From contig CAZMCQ010000002.1 of NCBI GenBank assembly GCA_964565195.1, forward strand, positions 82,161-146,160: a DNA stretch of 64,000 nucleotides, given 5' to 3'. This DNA comes from an uncultured Candidatus Saccharibacteria bacterium (lineage in GTDB: Bacteria > Patescibacteriota > Doudnabacteria > UBA920 > 2-01-FULL-46-14). The notes below the pieces were generated by a model that saw only the letters and a list, made by a program, of their open reading frames with translations, made no database searches and was not told where the DNA came from. Both the position numbers and the translations under genes were made by a program. Numbering within the stretch: the first letter of the stretch is position 1; each line of letters begins with the position of its first letter. Positions 1 to 9,847 of the stretch are shown here, one piece after another.

Positions 1-562
1 TCCCGGCACAACTGATAATTATCAGAAAAAATATCCGGACGTGAATTTTGCCTTCAATCCCGAATTTCTTCGCGACAAGACTGCCAACGAGGATTTCATT
101 AACAATGATCGGCAGATCGTGGGTTACACCAGCAAAACGAAAGGTAGCACACTGGTCTCTGAGCTCGCAGCCATCTTGCCACCCGCGCCGTACGCCAAGC
201 TGATGCGCGCGGTGGACGCGGAGATGATCAAGTATGCCGGCAATACTTTTTTGGCGCTTCAGGTCATCTTTGCCAACCAAATTTTTGACATCTGCCAGGC
301 CGCCGGGATCAGCTACGAGCTAGTTAAAGATGCCCTCAAAGCTGATAAACGAATCGGCAAGAGTCACTGGGAAATTTTTCACACTGAATCGAGCCTTTCT
401 TCCAATATCGGCGAAGCTTACCGCGGTTATGGCGGTAAGTGTTTTCCGAAAGACATTAATTCCCTGATCGCGCAGGGCCGGGCGCTCGGCGTCGATATGG
501 CGCTTTTTGAGGCAGGCCGCGAGATCAACCTGGAGCTTAACGGGGGTAGATATGATCAATAA
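1..562 (+). CDS. UDP-glucose/GDP-mannose dehydrogenase family protein, C-terminal part (5' end truncated by window edge)
   Basis: Reading frame is open back to position 2 (PGTTDNYQKKYPDVNFAFNPEFL matches the internal segment PGTTYTYQEKFPNMNLVFSPEFL of the downstream paralog). Contains the GYGGKCFPKD catalytic-Cys motif typical of UDP-glucose 6-dehydrogenases. Confidence 0.75.
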   Translation, partial: PGTTDNYQKKYPDVNFAFNPEFLRDKTANEDFINNDRQIVGYTSKTKGSTLVSELAAILPPAPYAKLMRAVDAEMIKYAGNTFLALQVIFANQIFDICQAAGISYELVKDALKADKRIGKSHWEIFHTESSLSSNIGEAYRGYGGKCFPKDINSLIAQGRALGVDMALFEAGREINLELNGGRYDQ

Positions 563-1406
563 ATTGCTGAAAACTCTCTCTGTTCATCCGCTTGCGGTGC
601 GGGATAAACCGTCTGTCGGCATAGTCGGCGGGGGAGCAGTCGGCAAAGCGATTGCCGCATTTTACGAAGGCACAAAAATTTACGATAAATACCATCCGGT
701 CGACGCGCTGGCTGAAGTGGCGAGTGCGGACTACATTTTTGTGGCGGTCCCGACGCCGTTTAATGACCGAACGGGTTCGGCTGATCTTGCCGAGATGGAT
801 GACGCGCTCACCACGCTTAACGAAAATTTGCCGCATCCGGGCGAACAAGTCGTGATCATCAAATCCACGGTTTTTCCGGGCACCACTTATACTTACCAGG
901 AAAAATTTCCAAATATGAATTTGGTCTTCAGCCCGGAATTTTTGACGGAAAAAACCGCGATCGAGGATTTCGCGCATCCCGATAAGCAGATTGTCGGACA
1001 TACTGCCAAAACCGCGGAGTTTGCGCCGCGGGTTTTGGCCATGCTGCCGCGCGCGCCGTACGAGAAGATTATGCATGCCCGTGCCGCCGAGATGGTCAAA
1101 TATACGATCAATACTTATTACGCTTTCAAGGTTATTTTCGCCAATACGCTCTATGATCTCTGCCAGAAGACCGGCGCTAATTACGATCAGGTCCACGAGT
1201 CGCTCGTTCGAGATCCGCGCATTCCGGATTCGCATCTTGATGTAATGCATGGCGGTTACCGCGGCTATGGCGGCAAGTGCCTGCCCAAAGATGTGCAAAC
1301 CCTGGCCTGGTACGCAAGGAAGCAGGGGAAACCGGCGGAGCTTATCGAGACGATCATTAGCATGAACGAGAGATTGCGGGCCCGACAATCGTTAAGCGAA
1401 TCATGA
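552..1406 (+). CDS. UDP-glucose 6-dehydrogenase-like protein, short form (about 284 aa, apparently lacking the C-terminal UDP-binding domain)
   Basis: Rossmann motif GIVGGGAVGKA, FVAVPTP and STVFPGTT motifs, GGKCLPKD catalytic Cys. ATG at 552 overlaps the upstream stop by 11 nt. Tandem paralog of the preceding gene. Confidence 0.65.
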   Translation: MINKLLKTLSVHPLAVRDKPSVGIVGGGAVGKAIAAFYEGTKIYDKYHPVDALAEVASADYIFVAVPTPFNDRTGSADLAEMDDALTTLNENLPHPGEQVVIIKSTVFPGTTYTYQEKFPNMNLVFSPEFLTEKTAIEDFAHPDKQIVGHTAKTAEFAPRVLAMLPRAPYEKIMHARAAEMVKYTINTYYAFKVIFANTLYDLCQKTGANYDQVHESLVRDPRIPDSHLDVMHGGYRGYGGKCLPKDVQTLAWYARKQGKPAELIETIISMNERLRARQSLSES

Positions 1407-1407
1407 T

Positions 1408-2325
1408 ATGGCAAAGCTTTTAGTTACCGGCGGAGCCGGATTTATCGGTTCGCATCTTGTGGACCGGCTCGTCACCCTCGGTCATGAGGTGGTGGTGACC
1501 GACAATCTCTCCACCGGCAAAAAGGAAAATTTGAATCCTGCCGCAAAATTTATCGAAGTCGACATCGCGGACTACGAAAAAATCGCGCCGCACTTTGCCG
1601 GAGTGGAAGCCGTTTTCCACTGCGCGGCTCTGGCGCGGATTGCGCCGTCGGTCAAAGATCCGTTGCCTTCGCACGCCGCCAATGTCACCGGAACGCTGAA
1701 TGTTTTATGGGCGGCCAAAAACTTTGGAGTTAAAAAACTAATTTATAGCGGCTCGTCATCTGCCTATGGGGATCAACCAACCTTGCCTTTGAAGGAAGAC
1801 AAGCCAGGAGGGTTGAACCCTAAAAGTCCTTACGCTCTTCAGAAGGTTTTTGGTGAGATGTATTGCAAGCTTTTCTCCATTCTTTACGGATTAGATACCG
1901 TAATCCTTCGATATTTTAATGTCTATGGACCAAGGCAATTAACAGAAGGGGCTTATGCAACTGTGATCGGAATTTTTTTGAAACAGCGGGAGCAAGGCAA
2001 GCCCATGACTGTAGTTGGTGATGCTTGGGATAGAAGGCGGGATTATACATATATTTCTGACGTAGTCGAAGCGAACATACTTGCTTGGAAGAAGACAATT
2101 AGCATAGATGAAATGGTAATTAATATAGGTACTAACCGTAATTTCAGTGTAAGAGAGATAACAGAAAGAATTGGTGGTCCTACAATTGCAATAGAAAAGC
2201 GACCCTGGGAATATCAGGAAACTAAAGCTGATAATTCTAAAGCCAAGCGGCTGCTAGGTTGGGAACCAAAAATGAGATTTGAAGACGGGATTGCCGAGTT
2301 GAAGAAACTTCACCATTTACAATGA
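1408..2325 (+). CDS. NAD-dependent epimerase/dehydratase (extended SDR; UDP-sugar 4-epimerase/decarboxylase-like)
   Basis: N-terminal VTGGAGFIGSHLV Rossmann motif, YxxxK catalytic motif (PYALQK), about 305 aa. Confidence 0.75.
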   Translation: MAKLLVTGGAGFIGSHLVDRLVTLGHEVVVTDNLSTGKKENLNPAAKFIEVDIADYEKIAPHFAGVEAVFHCAALARIAPSVKDPLPSHAANVTGTLNVLWAAKNFGVKKLIYSGSSSAYGDQPTLPLKEDKPGGLNPKSPYALQKVFGEMYCKLFSILYGLDTVILRYFNVYGPRQLTEGAYATVIGIFLKQREQGKPMTVVGDAWDRRRDYTYISDVVEANILAWKKTISIDEMVINIGTNRNFSVREITERIGGPTIAIEKRPWEYQETKADNSKAKRLLGWEPKMRFEDGIAELKKLHHLQ

Positions 2326-3473
2326 AAAAACGAGTCCTCATTTTCAGCATTGCCTATGAGCCGCTCTTAGGGGGAGCAGAACTCGCGGTCAGGAATATCA
2401 CTGACCGTTTGTCTGCTTATGAGTTTGATTTGATCACCGCGCGTTTTTCCCGGAAGCACGCCGAGCAGGAGAGGATCGGCAACGTTAATGTTTACCGTGT
2501 TGGTTTTGGGAGTCGCTTGGGGCGCTATCTTTATCCAATGTTGGCCTGGCGGCTGGCGAGCAAACTTCACAAGGGGCGTCCTTACCAATTAGTTTGGTCA
2601 ATTATGGCCGCCTATGCGGGTGCGGCGGCCCTGATGTTTCTGCGCCGGTTTCCGGCAGTTAATTATTTGCTCACGCTGCAGGAAGGCGATCCGATCGTGC
2701 ATATTCACCGGCGCGTGCGAGGGATGAAGAAGATGTGGCAGCGGATTTTCGGCCGCGCCGATTATGTGCAGGCGATCAGCCGGCACCTCGCAGAGTGGGC
2801 GCGTGCCGAAGGCGCGGCGTGTCCGATCGAAATTGTACCCAATGGCGTTGCCGTTGAGAAATTTACCCCCACTCTTTCTCCCCCTCATGAGGGGGAGAGG
2901 AAGAGGGGGTCACAATTTACGATAATTACGACTTCAAGGTTGGTGCCGAAGAACGGTTTAGATATTTTGATTCGCGCTCTTGCTGTCATCCTGGAGGGAG
3001 CGAAGCGACTGATAGGATCTCGAGATATAAAATTGCAAATCCTCGGTTCTGGTTCGGAAGAACAAAAGCTTAAAAAACTCGCTCACGATTTGAACGTGAG
3101 TGATTGTGTGGAGTTTCTGGGCGATATCACACCCGATAAAGTTCCGGAATATTTAGTTCGTGCCGATATTTTTGTGCGGCCATCGCGGAGCGAAGGTCTG
3201 GGCACCGCTTTTTTGGAGGCCATGGCCGCGGGCTTGCCGGTTATTGGCACGGCGGTCGGCGGCATTCCGGATTTTTTGCAAGACGGCGCGACTGGACTGT
3301 TTTGCAAAGTCGAGGAGCCAAACGATTTAGCTGCAAAAATCAAATTGTTGTTTGAAGACGCACCGCTTCGGCGCCGCCTCGGGGAAAATGGAAAGAAACT
3401 CGTCGAAGAGCGGTATTCCTGGGACGGCATTGCCGCGCGGATGAATAATATTTTTCAAAAGCTAAGTGTATGA
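2322..3473 (+). CDS. GT4-family glycosyltransferase (carries an in-frame palindromic element insert)
   Basis: C-terminal EGLGTAFLEAMAAGLPVIGTAVGGIPDF motif of GT-B/GT4 enzymes. 4-nt overlap with upstream gene. Insert PTLSPPHEGERKRGS sits in the interdomain linker. Confidence 0.8.
   Translation: MKKRVLIFSIAYEPLLGGAELAVRNITDRLSAYEFDLITARFSRKHAEQERIGNVNVYRVGFGSRLGRYLYPMLAWRLASKLHKGRPYQLVWSIMAAYAGAAALMFLRRFPAVNYLLTLQEGDPIVHIHRRVRGMKKMWQRIFGRADYVQAISRHLAEWARAEGAACPIEIVPNGVAVEKFTPTLSPPHEGERKRGSQFTIITTSRLVPKNGLDILIRALAVILEGAKRLIGSRDIKLQILGSGSEEQKLKKLAHDLNVSDCVEFLGDITPDKVPEYLVRADIFVRPSRSEGLGTAFLEAMAAGLPVIGTAVGGIPDFLQDGATGLFCKVEEPNDLAAKIKLLFEDAPLRRRLGENGKKLVEERYSWDGIAARMNNIFQKLSV
2867..2911. repeat. 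GC-rich palindromic element copy 1 (intragenic, in-frame in a GT4 gene)
   Basis: CCCCCACTCTTTCTCCCCC-tcat-GAGGGGGAGAGGAAGAGGGGG. The arms are reverse complements. Confidence 0.85.
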
Positions 3474-5146
3474 CTCGAAATCAGAAAGTTATTTTCGCAA
3501 TCATTCTGGTCGTGGCAGCATTTTTGATTTTCTTCCGTTTGGGCCGCCAGGATATGCTTGGCGATGACGCGCACTACAGCCTGCGGGCCTATGGCTACTT
3601 GGACTATATGGCCTCGCAGAAGCAGACCACGCCCCTGCAATGGTTCGGCGAGCGGCCGGGCTGGTCGTATCTGTCTTTTCACGACCATCCGCCAGTGTAT
3701 TTTTTTATTCAGCATATCTTTTTCAAACTTTTCGGCGATTCAGTAGTGGTCTCGCGGCTGACTTCGGCGCTGGCCGCTTTAGGGTCTGTGCTGGTGATAT
3801 TTTTTATCGGCAAACATTTGGGTAGCGTCCGGCTCGGCCTCGCGGCTATGGTTGCCCTGGTGCTCAACAATTTTTTTATCTTGAACGGCCGGATCGCGCA
3901 TATCGAATCGCTGCTCATTTTCTGGTTTCTGCTGGGACTGCTGTTCCTGCTGCGCGCTCTGCAGGATTCGCCGAGGGATTTCAAATGGGCGGGATTGTTC
4001 TTCGGCCTCGCGCTGCTGACCAAAGTTTCGCTGCTCTTTATGCTTCCCGCGCTTCTGCTTTATTTTGTCTGGCAAAGGCGGGACGTTTTGCAAAAAAAGG
4101 AATTTTGGCTTGGCCTGGCGATTTTTGTCCTGGCGAGTTCGCCGCTGCTCTTTTATAACCTCAAAATGTATCAGGCGCGTGGGCATTTTGATGTACAATT
4201 TGCCGACCTGTTCGGCCAAAGCAACCGCGACTGGTTCAATCTCGACGGTCGCGTTGGCGGCTTCCATTTGGCGGTGCGCGACACACTGGCTTATTTTTAT
4301 CGGGGGATGTCGTGGCCGTACTTTGTCGCTGCGTTAGGCGCTTTGCTTTTTGCCGTCTGGCAGGGGAAGAAGAATCCGTTATGGTGGCTCGTGGTTTTGG
4401 GGGCGGTTCTGACCGCAATGTTTCTGATGTATGTCGGCGGGGCGTCGCGGTGGCTCGCGATCGTCACGCCATTCACCGCGCTGGCTTTGGGTGGACTAAT
4501 AGATTTTCTCTGGGACACGAAACGGCTGCCGATCGCTTTCGCCAGTGGGGCTCTGGCCGTGTATTCTTTGGTTTTTATTTTCAATTCGAACCATGCCTTG
4601 GCGGCAAGCCGGAATGAATTTTTGACCTCGGCACTGCGCCTGGAAAATTATGGTTACAATCAGCTGGATAAATGGGTGGACAGACTTCTGGCCGGAAAAA
4701 CCGTTCCTTTGCAAACCCGCGATGCCGTAAGTTATATGTGGTTTTTGGGCATTGAGCAGGACGCCTTGCCGTTTTTGCGGGATAAAACCGAATCTGGAAA
4801 TTATAATTCCCTGATTATCTACGATGACGCGATGAACTGGTTTCCGGCAATCTGGGCGCTGGGACGGCATCGTATATACGATGGGGTGCCGAGCATGACC
4901 ACGACGGAGTTTGAGGACTGGATCTCAAATGCAGAGGCACTGAAGTTTCTCAATTCCCTTGACTTCGATAGATTTTATTTCATTCGCGCCAGCGAAGCGC
5001 TGCGCCAGAACGAGCCGGAGGGTCGCAAACCCGCAGAGCCACTCGAATTAATGTACAAGGACCAGAGCGTCAAACCGGAAGTGATCCATAATCTGCAAGG
5101 AGATGAAGCATTTTACATTTACGAGACAGAAGAAATTCGTTTATGA
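3470..5146 (+). CDS. GT-C superfamily membrane glycosyltransferase (ArnT/PMT-like, GT39/GT83-like)
   Basis: 558 aa polytopic membrane protein. N-terminal first-loop GDDAHY motif (DE-like) followed by many hydrophobic helices, typical of polyprenyl-phosphate-sugar dependent GT-C enzymes. Confidence 0.65.
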   Translation: MTRNQKVIFAIILVVAAFLIFFRLGRQDMLGDDAHYSLRAYGYLDYMASQKQTTPLQWFGERPGWSYLSFHDHPPVYFFIQHIFFKLFGDSVVVSRLTSALAALGSVLVIFFIGKHLGSVRLGLAAMVALVLNNFFILNGRIAHIESLLIFWFLLGLLFLLRALQDSPRDFKWAGLFFGLALLTKVSLLFMLPALLLYFVWQRRDVLQKKEFWLGLAIFVLASSPLLFYNLKMYQARGHFDVQFADLFGQSNRDWFNLDGRVGGFHLAVRDTLAYFYRGMSWPYFVAALGALLFAVWQGKKNPLWWLVVLGAVLTAMFLMYVGGASRWLAIVTPFTALALGGLIDFLWDTKRLPIAFASGALAVYSLVFIFNSNHALAASRNEFLTSALRLENYGYNQLDKWVDRLLAGKTVPLQTRDAVSYMWFLGIEQDALPFLRDKTESGNYNSLIIYDDAMNWFPAIWALGRHRIYDGVPSMTTTEFEDWISNAEALKFLNSLDFDRFYFIRASEALRQNEPEGRKPAEPLELMYKDQSVKPEVIHNLQGDEAFYIYETEEIRL

Positions 5147-6222
5147 AAATTTTGCTTTGCACCGGAATTTATCCGCCGGAACCGGGAGGGCCGGCGACCT
5201 ACACCAAGCTTCTGGCGGAAGAGTTAGTGAAGCGTGGGCATATGATTAAAGTGATTACTTATTCTACCCCCACTCTTTCTCCCCCTTATCAAGGGGGAGA
5301 TGAAGAGGGGGTTGTCCGTATTTCTCGTAGCTGGTTCAAACCACTGCACTATTTCAGATATTTCCGAATGGTGAAGAAATTAGGCAAAAATTTTGATGTG
5401 CTTTATGCCCAGGATCCGGTTTCCGCAGGGTATCCGACTTATCTTGCAGCGCGAGTTTTAAAAAAACCTTACGTTGTCAAAGCCACTGGCGACTACTCCT
5501 GGGAACAGGCCATGGGGCGCAAGTTAACGACCGTCTTAATTGATGAATTCCAAAAGCTGCCGCATTATCCCTTTTGGATCAAATTGATGCGTCGCATTCA
5601 AATTCAGGTTTGCAAGGAAGCCAATCTGGTCATCGTACCGTCAGAATATTTGCGGCGCCTGGTGATGGGCTGGGGTATCAAAGAGAAAAAGCTTCATGTA
5701 ATTTATAATGCTTCGCTAGATGTTCCATCCATTTCCCGCGAACTGCACGGGGGCTTTCGGACTGTTTCCGTAGGACGCGATGTAAAGTGGAAAGGATTTG
5801 AAATGTTGCGCGAGGCGGCAGCGGAATTGCAAAAAGAGATTCCCGATCTCAAGCTCGAAATTTTGCAGAATACCCCGCGCGAAATTGTCCTCGAACGTTT
5901 AGCGGCAGCCGACGTGTTCGTATTAAACAGCGCTTACGAGGGGACTTCTCATGTCATTTTGGAGGCCATGGCGCTGGGGACGCCGGTCGTCACGACGCGC
6001 GTCGGGGGCAATTCGGAAATCGTCACGCCCGGGGTTGGTATTCTTGTGGAATTTAACAACAAAGAAGAGATTAAAGAAGCAATTCGCGAACTTTATCATG
6101 ATCCGTCCTTGCGGCAAAGACTTGCGGCGGCAGCGACCCGAATGGTAAAACAGAAATTTTCGCTGGACGGAATGATCAGCGAGACGCTGGCCGTGCTAAA
6201 ATTCTTGATTCCTAATTCATGA
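5143..6222 (+). CDS. GT4-family glycosyltransferase (carries an in-frame palindromic element insert near the N-terminus)
   Basis: C-terminal EGTSHVILEAMALGTPVVTTRVGGNSEIV GT4 motif. Insert encodes PTLSPPYQGGDEEGV. Confidence 0.8.
   Translation: MKILLCTGIYPPEPGGPATYTKLLAEELVKRGHMIKVITYSTPTLSPPYQGGDEEGVVRISRSWFKPLHYFRYFRMVKKLGKNFDVLYAQDPVSAGYPTYLAARVLKKPYVVKATGDYSWEQAMGRKLTTVLIDEFQKLPHYPFWIKLMRRIQIQVCKEANLVIVPSEYLRRLVMGWGIKEKKLHVIYNASLDVPSISRELHGGFRTVSVGRDVKWKGFEMLREAAAELQKEIPDLKLEILQNTPREIVLERLAAADVFVLNSAYEGTSHVILEAMALGTPVVTTRVGGNSEIVTPGVGILVEFNNKEEIKEAIRELYHDPSLRQRLAAAATRMVKQKFSLDGMISETLAVLKFLIPNS
5267..5312. repeat. GC-rich palindromic element copy 2 (intragenic, in-frame in a GT4 gene)
   Basis: CCCCCACTCTTTCTCCCCC-ttatcaa-GGGGGAGATGAAGAGGGGG. 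Left arm identical to copy 1. Confidence 0.85.
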
Positions 6223-6238
6223 TCCTTGATTCTATTTT

Positions 6239-7363
6239 ATGCGTGTCTTGATGTTGAGCTTGGACCGCGGACTGCTCGGCGAGGGGTCTTCGGGTGATGT
6301 TGTGGAACGCCACAAAAAGTACGCGGATCTTGTCGGCACTTTGGATGTCATAGTTTTTTCCTCCAAAAAATATGCGCCGCGGCAGCACGCGGAAAATTTT
6401 CGGGTCTTTCCGACCAAGTCGCGAAAATTTTCGCACTGGGCGCGCGCGGTTGAAATTGCCATAAAGCTTCATCGCGAGCAGCCTTATGATTTGCTTATTA
6501 CCCAGGAATTCGCGGCGCCGGCCGGAGCAAAAATCAAGCAAAAGACCGGCCTTCCCTGGCTCGTAAGCATTCATGGCATGTTTTTCAGTTCGGAATGGCT
6601 GCGCCTGCGGCCTTTGGAATGGTATCTCTACTTTCGTGTGAGGCGCGCCATAAAAGCGGCGGACGCTTTCCGGGTCAACAACGAAATTATTGAGGAGAAA
6701 CTGGAGGAGTGGGGGCTTCATAAACCGATTCTCGTACAGCCGACCGCAATAGACATAAAAAATTTTTTGAGCGCCGAGAAACCGGTAAATACAGTACCAA
6801 AAATTTTATACGTTGGCCGCCTTTCCCCGGAAAAGAATGTGGCGATGCTGATTGAGGCGGCCCGAGAAATCCGCCAGTGGTTTGAGCTGGAAATTGTCGG
6901 TTCAGGCCCCGAGGAAAAGCGGCTTAAAAAAATGGCGCGGGAGGCCGGGCGGATTTATTTTTTGGGCCGACAGAGCATGAAGCAGCTACCAGAGATCTAT
7001 CGCCGCGCGGATATTTTCGTTCTGCCTTCAAACACCGAAAGCTTCGGCCAAGTGCTGCTGCAGGCCGCAGCCGCTGGCTGCGCGATTATTGCCACGCGGA
7101 CGGCAGGGGCACGCAGCATTATTCAAGATGGTTTGGCTGGTATTCTCATTGCAGTTGGCGATCGCGAAGAATTAAAAAGCGCGATTGAGCGTTTGATAAC
7201 AGACCGGGAACTTCGCAGTCGCCTCTCGACTGCTGCGCGGAAAATGGCCGAGGATTACAATCAGGATGAGGCCGTTGGAAAGTTGATTGATTTTTGGAAA
7301 GAGATTGCTCGCAACCTCACCCCAACCCTCTCCGATATCGGAGAGGGAGAAAGGGTGAGGTAG
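6239..7363 (+). CDS. GT4-family glycosyltransferase (C-terminal 15 aa and stop codon supplied by a palindromic element)
   Basis: ESFGQVLLQAAAAGCAIIATRTAGARSII GT4 motif. Last residues LTPTLSDIGEGERVR are encoded by a palindrome at 7315-7360. Confidence 0.8.
   Translation: MRVLMLSLDRGLLGEGSSGDVVERHKKYADLVGTLDVIVFSSKKYAPRQHAENFRVFPTKSRKFSHWARAVEIAIKLHREQPYDLLITQEFAAPAGAKIKQKTGLPWLVSIHGMFFSSEWLRLRPLEWYLYFRVRRAIKAADAFRVNNEIIEEKLEEWGLHKPILVQPTAIDIKNFLSAEKPVNTVPKILYVGRLSPEKNVAMLIEAAREIRQWFELEIVGSGPEEKRLKKMAREAGRIYFLGRQSMKQLPEIYRRADIFVLPSNTESFGQVLLQAAAAGCAIIATRTAGARSIIQDGLAGILIAVGDREELKSAIERLITDRELRSRLSTAARKMAEDYNQDEAVGKLIDFWKEIARNLTPTLSDIGEGERVR
7315..7360. repeat. GC-rich palindromic element copy 3 (forms the 3' end of a GT4 gene)
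   Basis: CCTCACCCCAACCCTCTCC-gatatc-GGAGAGGGAGAAAGGGTGAGG. Confidence 0.8.
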
Positions 7364-7373
7364 GGAGCTCGTT

Positions 7374-8450
7374 ATGAAACTAATTTTTGTCACTCGAAAA
7401 GTTGACCGCGGCGATGCCATAACCGGCTTTGTTTTTGGGTGGATAAATGCTCTGGCGGCAAAGGTGGAAAAACTTTATGTTATCTGCCAGGAAAAAGGAG
7501 ACACATCAGGATTGCCAAGGAATGTTGAGGTTTATTCTTTTGGCAAAGAACTCGGCTACGGCAGGATTAGGCAAGGTTTGAAGCTTTGGAATTTGGTATT
7601 TGGAATTTGCAAAAACTCTGAAGGAGTTTTTGCCCATATGCATCCAATTTATGCGATCATTGCCGGTCTCGCTGCGCGTCTTCGTGGCAAGAGAGTAATT
7701 CTTTGGTACACGCACAAGGCCGTGGATTGGAAATTGAGAATTGCACACGCGCTGGTTAATGAAGTTTTGACAGCGAGTGCGGAAAGTTTTCGGTTGCCAT
7801 CGAAAAAAGTTAAGGTTGTCGGCCACGGCATTGACCTTGAAAAGTTCCACCCCCTCCCATCCCTCCCCCCTCGAGGGGGAGGAAAGGTGGGGGGGAAATT
7901 TAGAATAGCTTCCATTGGCCGCATCAGTCCGGTGAAAGATTATGAGACTCTGATCAAAGCCGCGGATATACTTCAAGAAAGTGGTATCAAGGATTTTGTC
8001 ATTGAGATCTATGGCCGGATCGGTTTGTCGGAGCATCAGGGCTATTACGATTCGCTTGTGGAATTTGTGAACAATGCCAATCTGGACGAGATTGTGAAGT
8101 TTCAGGGCGAACTTGATTATGGCTATGTTGATGAGATTTATAATGAAGCAGATCTTTTTGTAAATTTGAGTCAGACCGGCAGCATTGATAAAGCCGTGCT
8201 CGAAGCCGCAGCTTGTGAGACGCTGGTTTTGACTTCGAACGAAGCCTTTGAGAAGATTCTCAACGAGATTTCACCGCTTTTATTTTTTCGCCGCGATCAC
8301 CCCGAGGATTTAGCTGCGAAGATTGAGGGGATAAAATCATTATCCGGTGAAGTGCGCGTGAAGATTGGCAGGCAGCTTCGCAAAATGGTCGAGCAAAATC
8401 ATAATTTGAACAATTTGGCTGCGAAGATTGTCGAGGAGTTTAAATCATGA
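7374..8450 (+). CDS. GT4-family glycosyltransferase (carries an in-frame palindromic element insert in the interdomain linker)
   Basis: GT-B architecture. Insert HPLPSLPPRGGGKVGGK is at the same linker position as in the gene at 2322. Confidence 0.75.
   Translation: MKLIFVTRKVDRGDAITGFVFGWINALAAKVEKLYVICQEKGDTSGLPRNVEVYSFGKELGYGRIRQGLKLWNLVFGICKNSEGVFAHMHPIYAIIAGLAARLRGKRVILWYTHKAVDWKLRIAHALVNEVLTASAESFRLPSKKVKVVGHGIDLEKFHPLPSLPPRGGGKVGGKFRIASIGRISPVKDYETLIKAADILQESGIKDFVIEIYGRIGLSEHQGYYDSLVEFVNNANLDEIVKFQGELDYGYVDEIYNEADLFVNLSQTGSIDKAVLEAAACETLVLTSNEAFEKILNEISPLLFFRRDHPEDLAAKIEGIKSLSGEVRVKIGRQLRKMVEQNHNLNNLAAKIVEEFKS
7847..7895. repeat. GC-rich palindromic element copy 4 (intragenic, in-frame in a GT4 gene)
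   Basis: CCACCCCCTCCCATCCCTCCCCC-ctcgag-GGGGAGGAAAGGTGGGGGGG. Confidence 0.8.
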
Positions 8451-9847
8451 AGCTTTTGGCCAAAAACACCTTCGCCGGCGAAACCCTTATCTATTATGAC
8501 AGTCAGGGCCGGATCGCGTTCCACCCGGACGCGCTATGCGGACCACGCCCTCATTTAAACCCAGAAGCCATCTATGATTTTTTGCTGTTTGATACAATCC
8601 TTCCGCCGAACAGCATCTGGCAGGGGGTTGCTGCCCTGTTCCCGGGTGAGGAGCTGTGGCAGGACCGGGACGGTCAAATAATTCTGCAAAATAAAGAATA
8701 TCCCGCGCTCACAAGACTCGGGATAGTCGCCGGCACTCCCCGGGAACTGGCCGCGCATCTCGATAAAATGTTTGAAGAGTATTTCGCCCGCACCGTGTCC
8801 CGAGACAAACCGACTGCGCTCATGCTCTCGGGGGGAATTGATTCCGCGATCCTTGCCAGTTACCTGCCCAAAGACACTGTTTGTGTAACCTGGGCCGGGT
8901 GGGGGGAGGGGTCGTCAGATTTAAGATACGCGCGTCAAAATTTCCGCCAGTTTGCCCTGAAAAAACATCTGGTTTCCCATATTGACTATGCGGCCGATGA
9001 AAAAATTTTTGATGCAGCTTTGCGCAACCTCCGCCACCCTTTTTCGATTTCTTCAGGAGTTCCGTATTTACGGATGGCCGAACAGCTTCAGGAGTATTTT
9101 CAAGGCCGACCTTACCAGCTGTTCATGGGCGAGAATGCCGATACCATTGCGGGCGCGTACCACACCGGGGTTTATGTTTATTATTTTTCAAAAATAAACC
9201 GGCTGTGGGGTTTTGTGAGCATTCCGCCAAGCCTCATTGAAAAAAAAAGGAAGCTGTTTTTGCTGTCGAGCACCAATCCGGTAAAACTTTTTGCGTATTT
9301 CAGCTCCTTTGGCCTTTACCCCGGTTCGTGGATCAATCCGCCGCAGGGGTATTTTGAAACCAAGCTTGAGCAGATCAAAGTCCAGCTGGGGCGTTTGCGG
9401 AATTTTCGCGATCATATTCTCATGTTGGAACTTGCGATCGGGTCGCGTCGCAACCAGTTTCGGCAAGGCTATCTGCCGCCGCTCTATGGCGCAGAAATGA
9501 CTTTGCCTTATTATGACGAAGGCATTGTGAAATTTTTTTTACAAATTCCCCAGCGTATTCGCCGCCAGCAGTATTTTGGCAAAACTGTCTTGCAAGAGTT
9601 AGCGCGGCGCCGCGGTGTCCCGAATGAGGTGATTGAGAAAGGTAAAAAAGGACTCTCCTATGGATATGCGGATTTTTTGCAGCAGCATAGACACATTCCA
9701 ATTTGGGATCAAATGCAAAAAGATATTGTGCTCAACAAATTCGTGGATATCACGGCAGTACGTCAAAAACACGAGAGCAATTTTGCGCTGTTTGATATGC
9801 TGCGCAGCGCGCATAAATATCTGAAAGTTATTTTGGGTCCGGGCTAG
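8447..9847 (+). CDS. Asparagine synthetase (AsnB)-like PP-loop amidotransferase, lacking the N-terminal glutaminase domain
   Basis: PP-loop ATP pyrophosphatase motif LMLSGGIDSAILASYL. About 466 aa with no Cys2 Ntn-amidotransferase N-terminus. Confidence 0.65.
   Translation: MKLLAKNTFAGETLIYYDSQGRIAFHPDALCGPRPHLNPEAIYDFLLFDTILPPNSIWQGVAALFPGEELWQDRDGQIILQNKEYPALTRLGIVAGTPRELAAHLDKMFEEYFARTVSRDKPTALMLSGGIDSAILASYLPKDTVCVTWAGWGEGSSDLRYARQNFRQFALKKHLVSHIDYAADEKIFDAALRNLRHPFSISSGVPYLRMAEQLQEYFQGRPYQLFMGENADTIAGAYHTGVYVYYFSKINRLWGFVSIPPSLIEKKRKLFLLSSTNPVKLFAYFSSFGLYPGSWINPPQGYFETKLEQIKVQLGRLRNFRDHILMLELAIGSRRNQFRQGYLPPLYGAEMTLPYYDEGIVKFFLQIPQRIRRQQYFGKTVLQELARRRGVPNEVIEKGKKGLSYGYADFLQQHRHIPIWDQMQKDIVLNKFVDITAVRQKHESNFALFDMLRSAHKYLKVILGPG

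Noticed and set aside
537-1388. 283-aa minus-strand ORF antisense to the UDP-glucose dehydrogenase-like gene
   Set aside because: Shadow ORF in a GC-biased coding region. The sense strand has clear dehydrogenase motifs.
7506-8036. 176-aa minus-strand ORF containing PPHLSSPSRGEGWEG
   Set aside because: It is antisense to a well-supported GT4 gene. The shared peptide is just the mirror reading of the palindromic element, so it is not an independent gene.
8888-8920. G-rich stretch CCGGGTGGGGGGAGGGGTCGTC inside the AsnB-like gene as a possible degenerate palindromic-element copy
   Set aside because: No complementary left arm could be found, so it may simply encode GWGEGSS natively. Left as uncertain.
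9240-9248. A9 homopolymer inside the AsnB-like CDS as a slippage site
   Set aside because: A single short homopolymer encoding KKRK. This is much weaker evidence than the 7-bp x4 repeat and was not pursued.
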